Positions 8,978-17,663 of a DNA stretch of 32,000 bases are shown here, piece after piece. The stretch lies in the NCBI RefSeq assembly GCF_000015805.1, contig NC_009073.1, positions 660,001-692,000 on the forward strand, written 5' to 3'. Below the pieces are notes generated by a model. It saw only the letters and a program-made list of their open reading frames with translations, searched no databases and was not told the DNA's origin. Both the position numbers and the translations under genes were made by a program. This DNA comes from Pyrobaculum calidifontis JCM 11548 (GTDB lineage: Archaea; Thermoproteota; Thermoprotei; Thermoproteales; Thermoproteaceae). Numbering within the stretch: the first letter of the stretch is position 1; each line of letters opens with the position of its first letter.

Positions 8978-9508
8978 GTGGCGGAGGAGGTTGTCCCAGT
9001 CTACGCCCAGGGCTTCTACGTGGTAAACCCAGGCGTGGTAAACATGGTGATAATCTTCGACTACTTGGACAAGGCCCAGTACTACTACAGGCTGTTGCGC
9101 AAGGGCGGGGAAGAGCTCGCCGAGGAGATATCCACAGTGTGGGAAAACATGCAGAAGTTCATGGACGAGGAAATCGTCAGAATAAACGGGCAGAGGGTCA
9201 GGCCCGTGGTGAGGGAGGTGTACATAGGCCTCAGGGGGTCTCCCACCAGGCCGTACATAACCTTCATCGGCGACTTCCCAGCCCCCCTCAGAGAGGGGGA
9301 AAACATCTACGAGAACTACTACGAAGCAGAGACCGCCGAATACGACTACGAGGCCGTGTGGGTCCTCCCCCAAGGCGCAGAAATCGTGGAGTGGTGGTTC
9401 GCGGGCCAGGTGGAGACCCCTGAGCCCAACATACTTCGCGTATATGTGACAAAGGGGACAAACGTAGGGGGGCGGGAGGGGTTTAAGTTCAGGATGCAAC
9501 GGCTGTAA
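8978..9508 (+). CDS. Hypothetical protein (176 aa)
   Basis: The ORF has a GTG start, with the TATA-like box gatttaagta (8951-8960) about 23 nt upstream. Composition is protein-like and rich in aromatic and acidic residues. I recognise no motif. Confidence 0.65.
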   Translation: MAEEVVPVYAQGFYVVNPGVVNMVIIFDYLDKAQYYYRLLRKGGEELAEEISTVWENMQKFMDEEIVRINGQRVRPVVREVYIGLRGSPTRPYITFIGDFPAPLREGENIYENYYEAETAEYDYEAVWVLPQGAEIVEWWFAGQVETPEPNILRVYVTKGTNVGGREGFKFRMQRL

Positions 9509-10640
9509 GCGCCAGGTAGAGCAGGGCAAGTGCGGCGGCTGAGTAGAGGGCGGCCTTTGTCAGAGGCTTGTACACCGCCCGCATGTCGGCCTTGTAGTAC
9601 TCCGCCGTTAAGACAAAACAGCTGTGAGAGGGGCTGAGCATTACGCCGAGGAAGCCGCCAAGGAACCCCACGGCGAGGCTATAGCCGTGGAGAAGGTCGT
9701 GGAGAGGCGGGAAGGCCAGCCCGGCGAAGGTGAACTCCACCCCCGTGGCTATTCCGATGAGAAACGGGATGAGGAACACGGCGAAGAGCGCCAAGTGCCC
9801 CAGCGCGTCGGCCATGACCCTGCTCAACCCACTCTCCCTAATGTACTGAGAAAACACCAGGGAAAACACGATAATCGCCAAAATCCTCGGCGTGAGGGCG
9901 TACTTAAACGCCGCGGCCAGATCCCCCACGCCCACTCTATACACCACAACGAAGGCCGCCAAGGTGAGGCCAACCGCCGCTGGGAGCGGGAGTAGAAAGG
10001 AGAGAACCGCGACTAGGCCCAGGGGCCAGAGGGCGGCCAAGTCCCTCGCCCTGCCCACAGCCCCCACGCGCCTCACAGCCCTCCACCCCACCGCCACGCC
10101 GCCCACCGCCGCCGCGAGAGCCGCCGGCCACGAATGCGCCGCCACCTCGGCCACAGACACGCCCAAGATGGCAGATGTGAGAATAACCCCCTGGTAGAGG
10201 GGCCACACCGAGACCCAGATGTGGCGCATCCAGTAGTTCAAAAACGTCTTCTCCACAGGCCTCATCCCCATCTTCTCATAAAGCGGGTCTGCTACCACCG
10301 CGGAGATGTAGGCGCCGCCCGGCATGGGGAGGAGACCAATCGCGGCGGGGATCGAGAAAGCGGCAAAACGCGGCCCCACCGCCACCAGCCCACTGGCAAT
10401 GGCCTCCCTCCTCCCCCGCATCAAGAAGCCCAGCGCCATGGCGAACACCAGCGACACCAAGACGTTAAACATCGAGAAGTTGAAGGCGTCTACAGTGGCC
10501 CCCACAACCCCGCCCCCAAGCGCCAACGCCCCGTAGAGAAGGGCCCCAAGGCCCAGCGCCACTGAGACGTCCACCCTCCTCGAGAGACTACCCCCCAGCA
10601 CCACGGCCACAGACGCCAGAAAAACAGCCACCAAGTACAC
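9489..10640 (-). CDS. Polytopic membrane protein, possible transporter (DUF401/COG1906-like, tentative)
   Basis: The protein has about 10 hydrophobic segments and a central LPMPGGAYISAVV motif. I moved the start to the GTG at 10640 (MYLVAVFLAS...), 25 nt from the tttaaata box at 10661-10668. The track extension to 10892 is R-rich and overlaps the divergent gene. Confidence 0.75.
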   Translation of the reverse strand: MYLVAVFLASVAVVLGGSLSRRVDVSVALGLGALLYGALALGGGVVGATVDAFNFSMFNVLVSLVFAMALGFLMRGRREAIASGLVAVGPRFAAFSIPAAIGLLPMPGGAYISAVVADPLYEKMGMRPVEKTFLNYWMRHIWVSVWPLYQGVILTSAILGVSVAEVAAHSWPAALAAAVGGVAVGWRAVRRVGAVGRARDLAALWPLGLVAVLSFLLPLPAAVGLTLAAFVVVYRVGVGDLAAAFKYALTPRILAIIVFSLVFSQYIRESGLSRVMADALGHLALFAVFLIPFLIGIATGVEFTFAGLAFPPLHDLLHGYSLAVGFLGGFLGVMLSPSHSCFVLTAEYYKADMRAVYKPLTKAALYSAAALALLYLALTAVAS

Positions 10641-10684
10641 GGGGCGCGGCAGACAGACATTTAAATATGTGAAAACCGGCCCCA
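10641..10684. promoter_or_regulatory. Divergent promoter (catttaaatatgtg)
   Basis: A single AT-rich box at 10661-10668 lies about 24-25 nt from both the minus-strand GTG (10640) and the plus-strand ATG (10685). Confidence 0.5.
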
Positions 10685-11344
10685 ATGTCCCTCGCCACCG
10701 TCGTGATAGAAACCTTGATGATAACCCCATCAGGCGCCCTCTCCCCCGGGCCGTTAACCACGGCGACGGCCGTCCTCGGGGCCCGGGCAAAGACCCCCGC
10801 CAGCGGCGCCGCCGCGGGGCTAGGCGTGGCGCTGGGACACATGGCCTTTGAGTTGCCATACGTCTTGGCAATAGCCGCACTGTACGGCGCAATAAGCGAC
10901 GTGGTGAAGTCCCTCACGCCATACCTAGCCGCGGTCTCCATAGCCTTCATAGCCTTCTTCGCCTACCTCACAGCGCGGGACGGACTCGCCGCGCTCAAAG
11001 GCGCCATCCGCGTAGGCCAGATCTCTGTGACAAGGGGGCCAGTGGCCACCGGCGTCATATTCACGGGTCTCAACCCCTACTTCCTCCTCTGGTGGCTCAC
11101 AGTGGGCCTCCCCCTAGTCCAAGACGCCTACGCCCTCGGCGCAGTGGGGCTGGCAACCATGTACAGCGCGCACGTGTGGATAGACTACGCCTGGCTAGCC
11201 GTCGTGGGAGCCCTCGGCGGAGGCGCAGGAAAGGTGTTAGGCGCCAGGGGATACGGCTACTTGCTCCTAGCCCTAGCCGCCATGCTCGCCGTATTCGGGC
11301 TCAACATAGCCCTCAAGACGTACCTCGGGGTGTCCCTCCTCTAG
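10685..11344 (+). CDS. LysE/RhtB-family amino-acid exporter
   Basis: The protein is 219 aa with about six TM segments. It has the N-terminal SPGP motif and the FTGLNPYFLLWW segment typical of LysE-type translocators. Confidence 0.8.
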   Translation: MSLATVVIETLMITPSGALSPGPLTTATAVLGARAKTPASGAAAGLGVALGHMAFELPYVLAIAALYGAISDVVKSLTPYLAAVSIAFIAFFAYLTARDGLAALKGAIRVGQISVTRGPVATGVIFTGLNPYFLLWWLTVGLPLVQDAYALGAVGLATMYSAHVWIDYAWLAVVGALGGGAGKVLGARGYGYLLLALAAMLAVFGLNIALKTYLGVSLL

Positions 11345-11415
11345 TCAGCACTCGGCAAATTCCCCACCACTCGGGCGAGGTCACCCAGTCATCACACCCG
11401 ACAACACGCCCAAGT

Positions 11416-12105
11416 TTATAAAGGCTTAGTTGGGAGAATCGCCGCCACGTCGTCGGTGGCAACCCCGTCCACCCCCCTCCTCCACAGCTCCCTCGCAGTC
11501 TCCACGTCGTTTACAGTCCACGCCACGACGTACAAGCCCAGCCTGTGGGCAAAGGCGACGGCCCTCTCAGTGGCCAAGTTGTACCTAGGCAGAACAATGC
11601 TACACCCAGCCCTCTTGGCCTCCGCCACAGCCCCAGGAGGCTTGGCGTATACCAGGCCGGTGGGCACCACGCCAGCCGCCGCCCTCACCGCCTCCAAATG
11701 GAAGCTAATCACGGCGACCCACCCAGCCGCCCCGACGCCCTTAATTACGTCTAACACAAGCCCCACGTCCTCCGGGTGTTTAACTTCCACAAAGGCCCCA
11801 GCCCTCCCATCCACAAGCCTAAGCACGTCCTCCAGCCGCGGCACCCGGCCCCCCGAAGCCGCCGCCACCTCCCCCCACGACGCCGCCCTGACGTTTAGCC
11901 CAACGCCGAAGACCCTCCTGAGGTCCTCGTCGTGGACAACGACGGGCACCCCGTCGGCAGTCACTTGCACATCCATCTCAACGATGTCTGCCCCGGCCTC
12001 GACAGCCTTGGCGAAGGACTCCAACGTGTTCTCCAAAGCCGCCGCGGGAAACCCCCTGTGGCCCACCACAGCCCTCCTCCCAAGCCTCTCTAATACCAGG
12101 TGCAC
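11416..12105 (-). CDS. Glycerophosphodiester phosphodiesterase (GDPD family)
   Basis: The core VVGHRGFPAAALENTLESFAKAVEAGADIVEMDVQVTADGVPVVVHDEDL is the GDPD catalytic core. I moved the start to the GTG at 12105, and the tataaatata box lies at 12121-12130. The track extension to 12318 is R/A-rich. Confidence 0.85.
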   Translation of the reverse strand: MHLVLERLGRRAVVGHRGFPAAALENTLESFAKAVEAGADIVEMDVQVTADGVPVVVHDEDLRRVFGVGLNVRAASWGEVAAASGGRVPRLEDVLRLVDGRAGAFVEVKHPEDVGLVLDVIKGVGAAGWVAVISFHLEAVRAAAGVVPTGLVYAKPPGAVAEAKRAGCSIVLPRYNLATERAVAFAHRLGLYVVAWTVNDVETARELWRRGVDGVATDDVAAILPTKPL

Positions 12106-12145
12106 GGCAAACAAAACTCTTATAAATATATGTGGAGAGGGGGAA

Positions 12146-12364
12146 GTGAAGAGGGTGAAATACGCCCTCAAGCTCGGCGCCGTCGTCCTCCTCCTAATCG
12201 CCGCAATGGCCCCCCTCGCCGCGCCCTCCCTGGCGAAGAAAGTGGCCGCCGCCCTCCTCGTCCTCCCCCTGTTCCTCCTAGCCGCACGCTGGCTCAAAGA
12301 GGAGGCGCTGGAGCACAAGATTGGGCGCGCCTTGGCTAAGGCAAAGAGGCTACGCGGGCTCTAG
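12146..12364 (+). CDS. Small two-TM membrane protein (72 aa), putative
   Basis: This is the 3' tail of the otherwise antisense 11456..12364 ORF. It runs from a GTG at 12146, 22 nt after the tataaata box, and reads VKRVKYALKLGAVVLLLIAAMAPLAAP...LLVLPLFLLAARWL. Third codon positions are GC-rich. Confidence 0.4.
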   Translation: MKRVKYALKLGAVVLLLIAAMAPLAAPSLAKKVAAALLVLPLFLLAARWLKEEALEHKIGRALAKAKRLRGL

Positions 12365-13153
12365 CACAAGCCCCCTGCCAGACTCTATCTTGACCCGGAA
12401 GGCCCTCGTGGCGTGGGCAGTCATACGCATCTTTTTCACAATGAGCCACCTCCTCACCTCCTTCACAGTCTCCACGTCGTCCATCCACATGTGAATAACC
12501 CCATCCGCAATGTGCTCAAGACCAAAGCCAAAGGCCTGCCTAGTCGTCGGCGCGTACTGGCTAGTCAAGAGCGCAGTCACGTTGTCCCTATGCGTGGCAA
12601 TCTTCAACTGGTACGAGTACTTCCTAGCCATGACAGGCTTATCCACCCAAAACGCAGACATGGAGTCAATAACAAGGCGGACGTGCCTCTCGGGGCTCCC
12701 CCTCTCCTTAGCCACCGCGAGCACTTCATACGCCTCGTTAATCGCCTCAATCAGCGTGTCGATAGAAAGCGCCGCGTAGCGCCTAACCTTCTCCGGACTC
12801 TCCTCCCTAGCCCTCTCAGTGAGCTGCCTAGCCACCTTCAAAAGGCCGAAAATGTCGACGACCACGATCTCGGGGAGCTCCTCCGGCTCCTTCCTCCACG
12901 CAATGTTGAAAACAGAGAACTGCGAGAGGTCCATCCCCAGCTGCCTAGCCTGCTCCATCACGTCCCGAAACTCCTGCTCCGTAGTGACGTACACCACGGG
13001 GTCCCCCGCCCTCAGCCCCGCATAGGCAAAGTGAATACAGAGAATAGACTTCCCCACCCCAGGCTCCCCAGTCACAACCACCCAAGACCCCTGCGGGATG
13101 CCCCCCTCAAGCGCCTTGTCAAGAGCCTCGACGCCGATAGACACCCTCCTCAC
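12350..13153 (-). CDS. KaiC-like / RecA-superfamily ATPase (single domain)
   Basis: The segment RVSIGVEALDKALEGGIPQGSWVVVTGEPGVGKSILCIHF contains the Walker A motif, and IVVVD is the Walker B motif. I moved the start to the GTG at 13153, 23 nt from the atataaaaa box at 13172-13180. Confidence 0.8.
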   Translation of the reverse strand: MRRVSIGVEALDKALEGGIPQGSWVVVTGEPGVGKSILCIHFAYAGLRAGDPVVYVTTEQEFRDVMEQARQLGMDLSQFSVFNIAWRKEPEELPEIVVVDIFGLLKVARQLTERAREESPEKVRRYAALSIDTLIEAINEAYEVLAVAKERGSPERHVRLVIDSMSAFWVDKPVMARKYSYQLKIATHRDNVTALLTSQYAPTTRQAFGFGLEHIADGVIHMWMDDVETVKEVRRWLIVKKMRMTAHATRAFRVKIESGRGLVLEPA

Positions 13154-13197
13154 GCCAAAACGGGAAAACAGATATAAAAACACACGCCCCCACCCCC

Positions 13198-13512
13198 ATG
13201 GCAAAGATGATAGTAAGCTTCTCCGTAGTCCCCATCGGCACGGGAAGCCCAAGCGTCTCAAAATACGTACAACGCGCCACCCAAATCCTCAGACAAAAGG
13301 GCTACCGCTACAAGACAGGCGCCGGCTTCACCGACGTAGAACTCGACGACTACAGCCAGCTGGCAGACCTACTACAGGCAATAGAAAAGGCCCTCACCGA
13401 CATGGGCGCCCAGCGGATACTCTACACCATAAAAATAGACCGCAGACTAGACAAAGAACTCCACATCGACGAAAAAATCGCAAAAGCCGAAGCTACTGCA
13501 GAGCGGCCTTAA
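13198..13512 (+). CDS. MTH1187/YkoF-family (DUF77/UPF0045) protein
   Basis: The pattern IVSFSVVPIGTGSPSVSKYVQRA...RILYTIKIDRR and the ~100 aa size match this family. Confidence 0.8.
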   Translation: MAKMIVSFSVVPIGTGSPSVSKYVQRATQILRQKGYRYKTGAGFTDVELDDYSQLADLLQAIEKALTDMGAQRILYTIKIDRRLDKELHIDEKIAKAEATAERP

Positions 13513-13768
13513 ACAGGCGCGCCCCCTCCCCAGAAAGCCACCTCAAAAACTCCTCCACCTCCCCCACATCCACAGCCCCCACCCTAAGCTCCTCAGCCAA
13601 CCCCTTGTCCCCAACCACCACCGCAAACTTATCTCGAATATACGACTTAACATCCACCACCTTCTCCAAGCCGGGGCAGTCCACAGTCGCCACAATATGG
13701 AAACCCCACTGCCTAAGCGCCAAGAGGTGCCCCGGCGGACACTCCGTAAACACAAACACGAAAGACAT
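13493..13768 (-). CDS. Hypothetical protein (91 aa)
   Basis: The ORF starts at ATG 13768 (MSFVFVFTE...), 25 nt from the tataaaaattta box at 13788-13799. I recognise no confident motif. Confidence 0.5.
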   Translation of the reverse strand: MSFVFVFTECPPGHLLALRQWGFHIVATVDCPGLEKVVDVKSYIRDKFAVVVGDKGLAEELRVGAVDVGEVEEFLRWLSGEGARLFKAALQ

Positions 13769-13796
13769 GTCGGCGCGAACGCCCATGTATAAAAAT

Positions 13797-14213
13797 TTAA
13801 CGTAGCTCAAACGAAACAACCCGCCAAACCCTCCCCCTCACAAACAGAAACACAGGCACACCACAGCCACCCACCGCCCTAACCACGTCCACGTCCCTGC
13901 TGAGGACAGCGCATTGGTCTCGGCACGCCAGCTCAGCGGCGAGGGCCTCCGCCGGCTTAGACTCAGAGAGGACACAGTCCACCACCCACCTCCTGCACAG
14001 GTCGAGGTACCGCCTGGCGAGGGGCAGGTGAGACTCGTGCCAAGCGTCAACGACGAGGACTGCGCGGCCGGGGAAGCTGGCCATAGAGCGGAAGAGCTCC
14101 TCTGGGTCGCCCAGGGCCGCCGCCACCGAGTTCACATCCACGTAGAGACAGGAAACGCCCTCAAGAGACGCCGGCGCCAACACCACAGAAACCCCCTTCC
14201 TACGCAAAATCAC
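13797..14213 (-). CDS. Hypothetical protein (138 aa), weakly PIN/NYN-like
   Basis: The ORF has a GTG start, with an aaatatat box about 24 nt upstream. Acidic positions in LYVDVNSV, VLVVDAW and LSRDVDVV are reminiscent of PIN-type nucleases, but this is speculative. Confidence 0.5.
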   Translation of the reverse strand: MILRRKGVSVVLAPASLEGVSCLYVDVNSVAAALGDPEELFRSMASFPGRAVLVVDAWHESHLPLARRYLDLCRRWVVDCVLSESKPAEALAAELACRDQCAVLSRDVDVVRAVGGCGVPVFLFVRGRVWRVVSFELR

Positions 14214-14498
14214 CTACAAAACAACACGACAAAAATATATACTCAGCAGGCTTACCAACGCCTAAGTGAACCCTATGTATAATTCTACAACGGTTTGGAC
14301 GGAAACCCCTGGAGCTCCCTTTCACCACCTCCCCATTGGTCCAAGACGCCCCTAAAAGACAACTTACCAACTTAAAGGCCCCTACAACCCTAGGCAAGGG
14401 CCTCGTAAGGTCCACGCCCTCCGACGCCTTTGCCAAAAGACAGAGCCTGGACTACTTGCCCTTAAAACGCCGCCTTTCTACGAGTCTTCGGCGCGGCC

Positions 14499-14681
14499 CT
14501 ATTGAGACACCTGCCTCCTCGGCCCCACCCTTAGCACAAACTCTCTGCCCCTCCCCACGTAGTGGTTGAAGAGTCCGCCACAGCGCCTACACCTGTAGTG
14601 GGTGACGCGGTAGCCCATCTTCGGCATCTCCCAGCTCTTAACAGCCTCCACATCCTCAGAGCCACAGTAGGGACACTTCAT
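14499..14681 (-). CDS. Small zinc-ribbon protein (60 aa)
   Basis: Two Cys pairs, CPYCG and CRRCG, are spaced as in a zinc ribbon. A TATA-like ttaaaac box lies about 23 nt upstream. Confidence 0.7.
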   Translation of the reverse strand: MKCPYCGSEDVEAVKSWEMPKMGYRVTHYRCRRCGGLFNHYVGRGREFVLRVGPRRQVSQ

Positions 14682-14754
14682 AGTGACATGATTGTACAGT
14701 GTTTTAATCTTTCTCTACCGCTATAGTTATATATTCACAGTAGCGAGACTGAAT

Positions 14755-15204
14755 ATGTATCTACTGTTCAAGGGCAGACTTGCAAACTTCAGCCACAGCC
14801 TCCTCGACTACCTAGAACGCAGAAGTGCGTTAATAAGGCGGTTTCTGCCCGGCGTCTTCCTCTGGGGCGCCTCTAGGCGAAACTCGTTGTTGCAGGAGGG
14901 GGCCCACGTATTTCTATACGTCGCCAAAGAGGTGGGCTTCCCAGGCGGAGTCGTGTTATACGGCGTCTTGCAAAAGCCGGAGGAGCTGTTGGAAAAGTAT
15001 TGGCCAGAGGGCGAGTGGCCAATCCTCCTGCCCATAAAGGTGGAGAGGCTAGCGCCCGGCGTGGCGGAGAGCCCCCTCGACCCCTCCCGGTGGAGACCAG
15101 TGACGCTGGCCCAGCTCCAGCAGATCGGAGTCCGAGTACTGCCCTCACCAGCGCAGCCGTTGCCCGAGGAAAAGGCCAAGGCCTTGTTGTCCCTCCTGAG
15201 GTAA
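14755..15204 (+). CDS. PUA-like (EVE/ASCH-type) domain protein (149 aa)
   Basis: The ATG at 14755 lies about 25 nt after the tatagttatatatt box. The protein shares the pattern LWG...G.hVFLYVAK...VLYGV...YWPEGEWPILLPIKV with the second EVE-like protein at 26561..27049. Its TAA stop overlaps the ATG of the SNF2 gene. Confidence 0.7.
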   Translation: MYLLFKGRLANFSHSLLDYLERRSALIRRFLPGVFLWGASRRNSLLQEGAHVFLYVAKEVGFPGGVVLYGVLQKPEELLEKYWPEGEWPILLPIKVERLAPGVAESPLDPSRWRPVTLAQLQQIGVRVLPSPAQPLPEEKAKALLSLLR

Positions 15205-17663
15205 TGGCCAGCGCCGTCACACCGACAAAGGTACTGGCGGCGTTTAAACAGGCGGGAAAGGAGCCCTACCTCCACCAGCTAGACTTGGTGTCAGACCTCC
15301 TCCTCTTGCCCAGGTTTAAAGTCCTCTTGGCAGACGACGTGGGGCTCGGCAAGACAATTGAAACCCTTGCCTATGTGAAATTGGGCGTGGAGAGCGGGCG
15401 CTTGGCCAAGGTGCTTATAGTTGTCCCAGCCGCGCTTCTCGACCAGTGGCTAGACGAGCTGAGGAAATTCGGCTTCACAGACGAAGAGGTCTACGTGGCT
15501 AGGGAGGCCGTCTTGGCGCCTGGGAGGCCTATCTACGTGGTGACCATGGACAGAGCAAAGAAGGACGAGTACCTCAAGTTGCTGGAGCAAGTCCCGTGGG
15601 ACTTAGTGGTGATAGACGAGGCTCATAAGCTCCGCCTAGACACACAGCGGCTGAGACTAAAGACGTTGTGCGAGAAGGCCAAGAGCTGTCTGCTACTCAC
15701 CGCAACTCCGCACACTGGCGATGAGAAGAGCTACGCCATCTTGAGGGGCACGGTGGATAAGGTGGTGAGGAGAGAGAAGAGAGACGTAGAAGAGTATGAA
15801 ATGCGGAAAATCTTCCCCAACATACGCTACTACATCGTCAGAGTAAAAGCCACGCAAGAGGAGGCCAAGGCCTTGAGGGAGATAATTAGGCTGTTGGAAG
15901 AGGCGGAGGTAGAGCCAATTGTCAGATACGTGGTCCTTAAACGCGCCTTGTCCAGCCCCCTGTCCCTAATCACGACGTTGAACAAGGTCGTAGGCGGCAC
16001 CTGCACCGAGGAGGACCTGGAAGAGGGCGAGTTAGACGGGTGTCTCTCCCACGTGCAAGACCTCTTGAAAAACGTCAAAGCGTACACCGCCGAGGATAGG
16101 AAGCTCTCTGCGCTGAAGAGGGTTTTAAACGGCCCACTGGCCGGCAGAAAGACTATAGTGTTCACCGAATACGCCACCACGGCCCAGTACCTCTTCCAAG
16201 CGCTGGCGGAGAACTGCGACGCGGAGTGGGGCGAGGGGTTTGGCAAAGCCTACTGCAAGGACGGCGCGGTCATGTACACGACTCACAAGGCGAGGGTGGA
16301 GCTCGGCGACGCGATAAATAGAGAAATCGAGGAGCTGGCCGCCAAGCCCAGGCCAGTGCTAATAACCACGGACATATTCACCGAGGGCGTCAACCTCCAG
16401 ATGTTCGACGCAGTGGTGAACTACGAAGTTGTGTGGAGCCCCACAAAACACGTCCAGCGGATAGGCAGAGTGTGGCGGCTGGGACAGAAGAGCCAAGACG
16501 TGGCCGTGGTAGACATGGCGCTAGACGCGCCCGGGACGAGGAGCGAGTTTGAGATGTACGTCGAGTACTTAGATAAGATCTACCAGATAAACCTCACCGC
16601 GCTCACTCCCCACGCCTACGCCGAGTACGAGATATACGAATTCAAGGGAGAGCTAGAGGAGAAGATCAAAGTCAAGATATCCGACCTCGGAGGGGTCTAC
16701 ATACCCACAAGCGACGCCATAGCCGCCATCTTCGAAAAACGGCTCGAAGAGCTGAGAGAAAAAGTGGAAAAACTGCTACAGCTCAAGGAGGCGCTGAGGG
16801 GTGCCAAGGACCGCGAAAAACTCCTCAAAGACCTAAAGGCCAAGCTGGGCTGGCCGCCGGAGAAGAGCCCAGAGCCCGGCGGTGGGTACTACAAGGCCAA
16901 GCTAGTGGTAGAAGTGGGCGGGCTCCCCGCATTAGAAGAGAACCTACTGGCCAGGCTCGACACGCCGCTAAGTAAGACGAGACAAGTAAAAGGCGATGTG
17001 GTGTACAGAGAGGTGGAGCTAAGCGGCGTAGAGATACAGGGAGAGCCAGGCGAAATAAGGCAGGACGAGAAAAAGAAAATAGAGCAAGCCGCCTTGAAGT
17101 TTTTTGCAGACCACCTTTGGACCTACGCGAAGCAACTCATAGGAGACCCAAGGCTGAGAGACAGCGTTAGGCTGAGAATACAGGTAGAGGAGAGAGCCAT
17201 AGTCACCACAAGCGTCTCTCTAGACGACTTCGACGCCGCGGTGGAAGAGGCCCTGAAGAGGAGTGACTATAGGACAAAGACAGAGCACACCGCGGTTAAG
17301 TGCATAAAGGAGTACCTCGTCAAACAAGGCTACAGGATTGTCCGCGACTATGACAGCGCTCCCCGGCCCTTTGACATGGTCGTAGAAAAAGGCGGAAAGA
17401 GGTACACCGTGGAGTGCAAAGGGCGCTACATACGGCCGGGCGAGGCGCTGTCTGTGACCCTGACGGCAAACGAGATGGACTGGGGCTCCAAGTACCCCGA
17501 CAGGCACCTAATATGCGTAGCCACCGTAGAAGGCACGAGGTGCAACACCGTAGAGTGCTACACCTTTGACCAATTCTTAAAAACGTGGAAAGTGGCCACC
17601 AAGCGGGGTCTCGACTACGTGGTAGAGGCAGTCAAAGAAAGCGTCGATAAAGAGAGGCAATAG
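15204..17663 (+). CDS. SNF2-family helicase/translocase with a C-terminal PD-(D/E)xK (DUF3883-like) nuclease-fold domain (819 aa)
   Basis: Helicase motifs are DDVGLGKT (I), VVIDEAHKL (II), LLLTATPHTG (III) and TEGVNLQ...QRIGRVWRLGQ (V/VI). The C-terminal 130 aa carry PFD...VECKG...LTANEMDW...HLICVA. The real start is the ATG at 15204, not 15000. Confidence 0.9.
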   Translation: MASAVTPTKVLAAFKQAGKEPYLHQLDLVSDLLLLPRFKVLLADDVGLGKTIETLAYVKLGVESGRLAKVLIVVPAALLDQWLDELRKFGFTDEEVYVAREAVLAPGRPIYVVTMDRAKKDEYLKLLEQVPWDLVVIDEAHKLRLDTQRLRLKTLCEKAKSCLLLTATPHTGDEKSYAILRGTVDKVVRREKRDVEEYEMRKIFPNIRYYIVRVKATQEEAKALREIIRLLEEAEVEPIVRYVVLKRALSSPLSLITTLNKVVGGTCTEEDLEEGELDGCLSHVQDLLKNVKAYTAEDRKLSALKRVLNGPLAGRKTIVFTEYATTAQYLFQALAENCDAEWGEGFGKAYCKDGAVMYTTHKARVELGDAINREIEELAAKPRPVLITTDIFTEGVNLQMFDAVVNYEVVWSPTKHVQRIGRVWRLGQKSQDVAVVDMALDAPGTRSEFEMYVEYLDKIYQINLTALTPHAYAEYEIYEFKGELEEKIKVKISDLGGVYIPTSDAIAAIFEKRLEELREKVEKLLQLKEALRGAKDREKLLKDLKAKLGWPPEKSPEPGGGYYKAKLVVEVGGLPALEENLLARLDTPLSKTRQVKGDVVYREVELSGVEIQGEPGEIRQDEKKKIEQAALKFFADHLWTYAKQLIGDPRLRDSVRLRIQVEERAIVTTSVSLDDFDAAVEEALKRSDYRTKTEHTAVKCIKEYLVKQGYRIVRDYDSAPRPFDMVVEKGGKRYTVECKGRYIRPGEALSVTLTANEMDWGSKYPDRHLICVATVEGTRCNTVECYTFDQFLKTWKVATKRGLDYVVEAVKESVDKERQ

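Noticed and set aside
8954-9529. A 191-aa minus-strand ORF and a 153-aa plus-strand ORF overlapping 8978..9508.
   Set aside because: Their compositions are poor (P/H/G/R-rich). The 176-aa frame has protein-like composition and a correctly spaced TATA box.
10641-10892. The 5' extension of the membrane-protein ORF (track start 10892).
   Set aside because: The extension is R-rich and crosses the shared TATA box. It overlaps the divergent LysE gene by about 200 nt. The GTG at 10640 gives a hydrophobic N-terminus at the correct promoter spacing.
12106-12318. The 5' extension of the GDPD ORF (track start 12318).
   Set aside because: The extension is R/A-rich, overlaps the TATA box and the putative small membrane gene, and GDPD homology begins just after 12105.
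13154-13261. The 5' extension of the KaiC-like ORF (track start 13261).
   Set aside because: It crosses the divergent promoter and the start of the DUF77 gene. The KaiC-like N-terminus (RVSIGVEALD) begins at the GTG at 13153.
14200-14436. A 78-aa minus-strand ORF in the 14.2-14.5 kb gap.
   Set aside because: It has a TTG start and weak composition. Its 3' part runs through the promoter and start codon of the 138-aa gene. I kept it only as part of a low-interest note on the region.
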